Shown in pieces: positions 63,992-64,000 of a DNA stretch of 64,000 nucleotides; positions within the stretch are counted from its first letter, which is position 1, and every line of letters begins with the position of its first letter. The stretch is taken from NCBI GenBank assembly GCA_002269645.1, contig NIVC01001113.1, positions 1 to 64,000 of the forward strand, in the 5' to 3' direction. The translations under genes and the position numbers were made by a program. Under the pieces are notes generated by a model. That model saw only the letters and a program-made list of their open reading frames with translations, did not search any database and was not told the origin of the DNA. Origin of the DNA: Macrostomum lignano (Eukaryota).

Positions 63992-64000
63992 GTGAGTGGC

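Overview
Eukaryotic (animal, probably invertebrate) genomic DNA with spliceosomal introns, mariner/hAT/Mutator relics and a CORE-SINE. The codon and repeat style is reminiscent of free-living flatworms such as Macrostomum, but the organism cannot be proven from this window. Bases 347-33606 (+) hold one giant gene whose 5' end appears to lie upstream of the window. By hand I count 37 exons and about 19.9 kb of coding sequence, or about 6,640 aa. The product is extremely Lys/Arg- and Cys-rich, almost free of acidic residues in its repeats, and carries three von Willebrand A domains. It is built from ~40-55 aa disulfide modules packed into symmetric phase-1 exons. A multi-exon block is tandemly amplified five times, and three of the linking introns carry a variable 16-bp minisatellite plus a candidate hammerhead ribozyme. 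Downstream lie an SV2-like MFS transporter gene (-, with a GC-AG intron), about 21 kb of transposon/satellite-rich sequence, and the 5' part of a TTLL4-like tubulin glutamylase gene (+). All exon calls and counts were made by eye, with no database search or RNA evidence.
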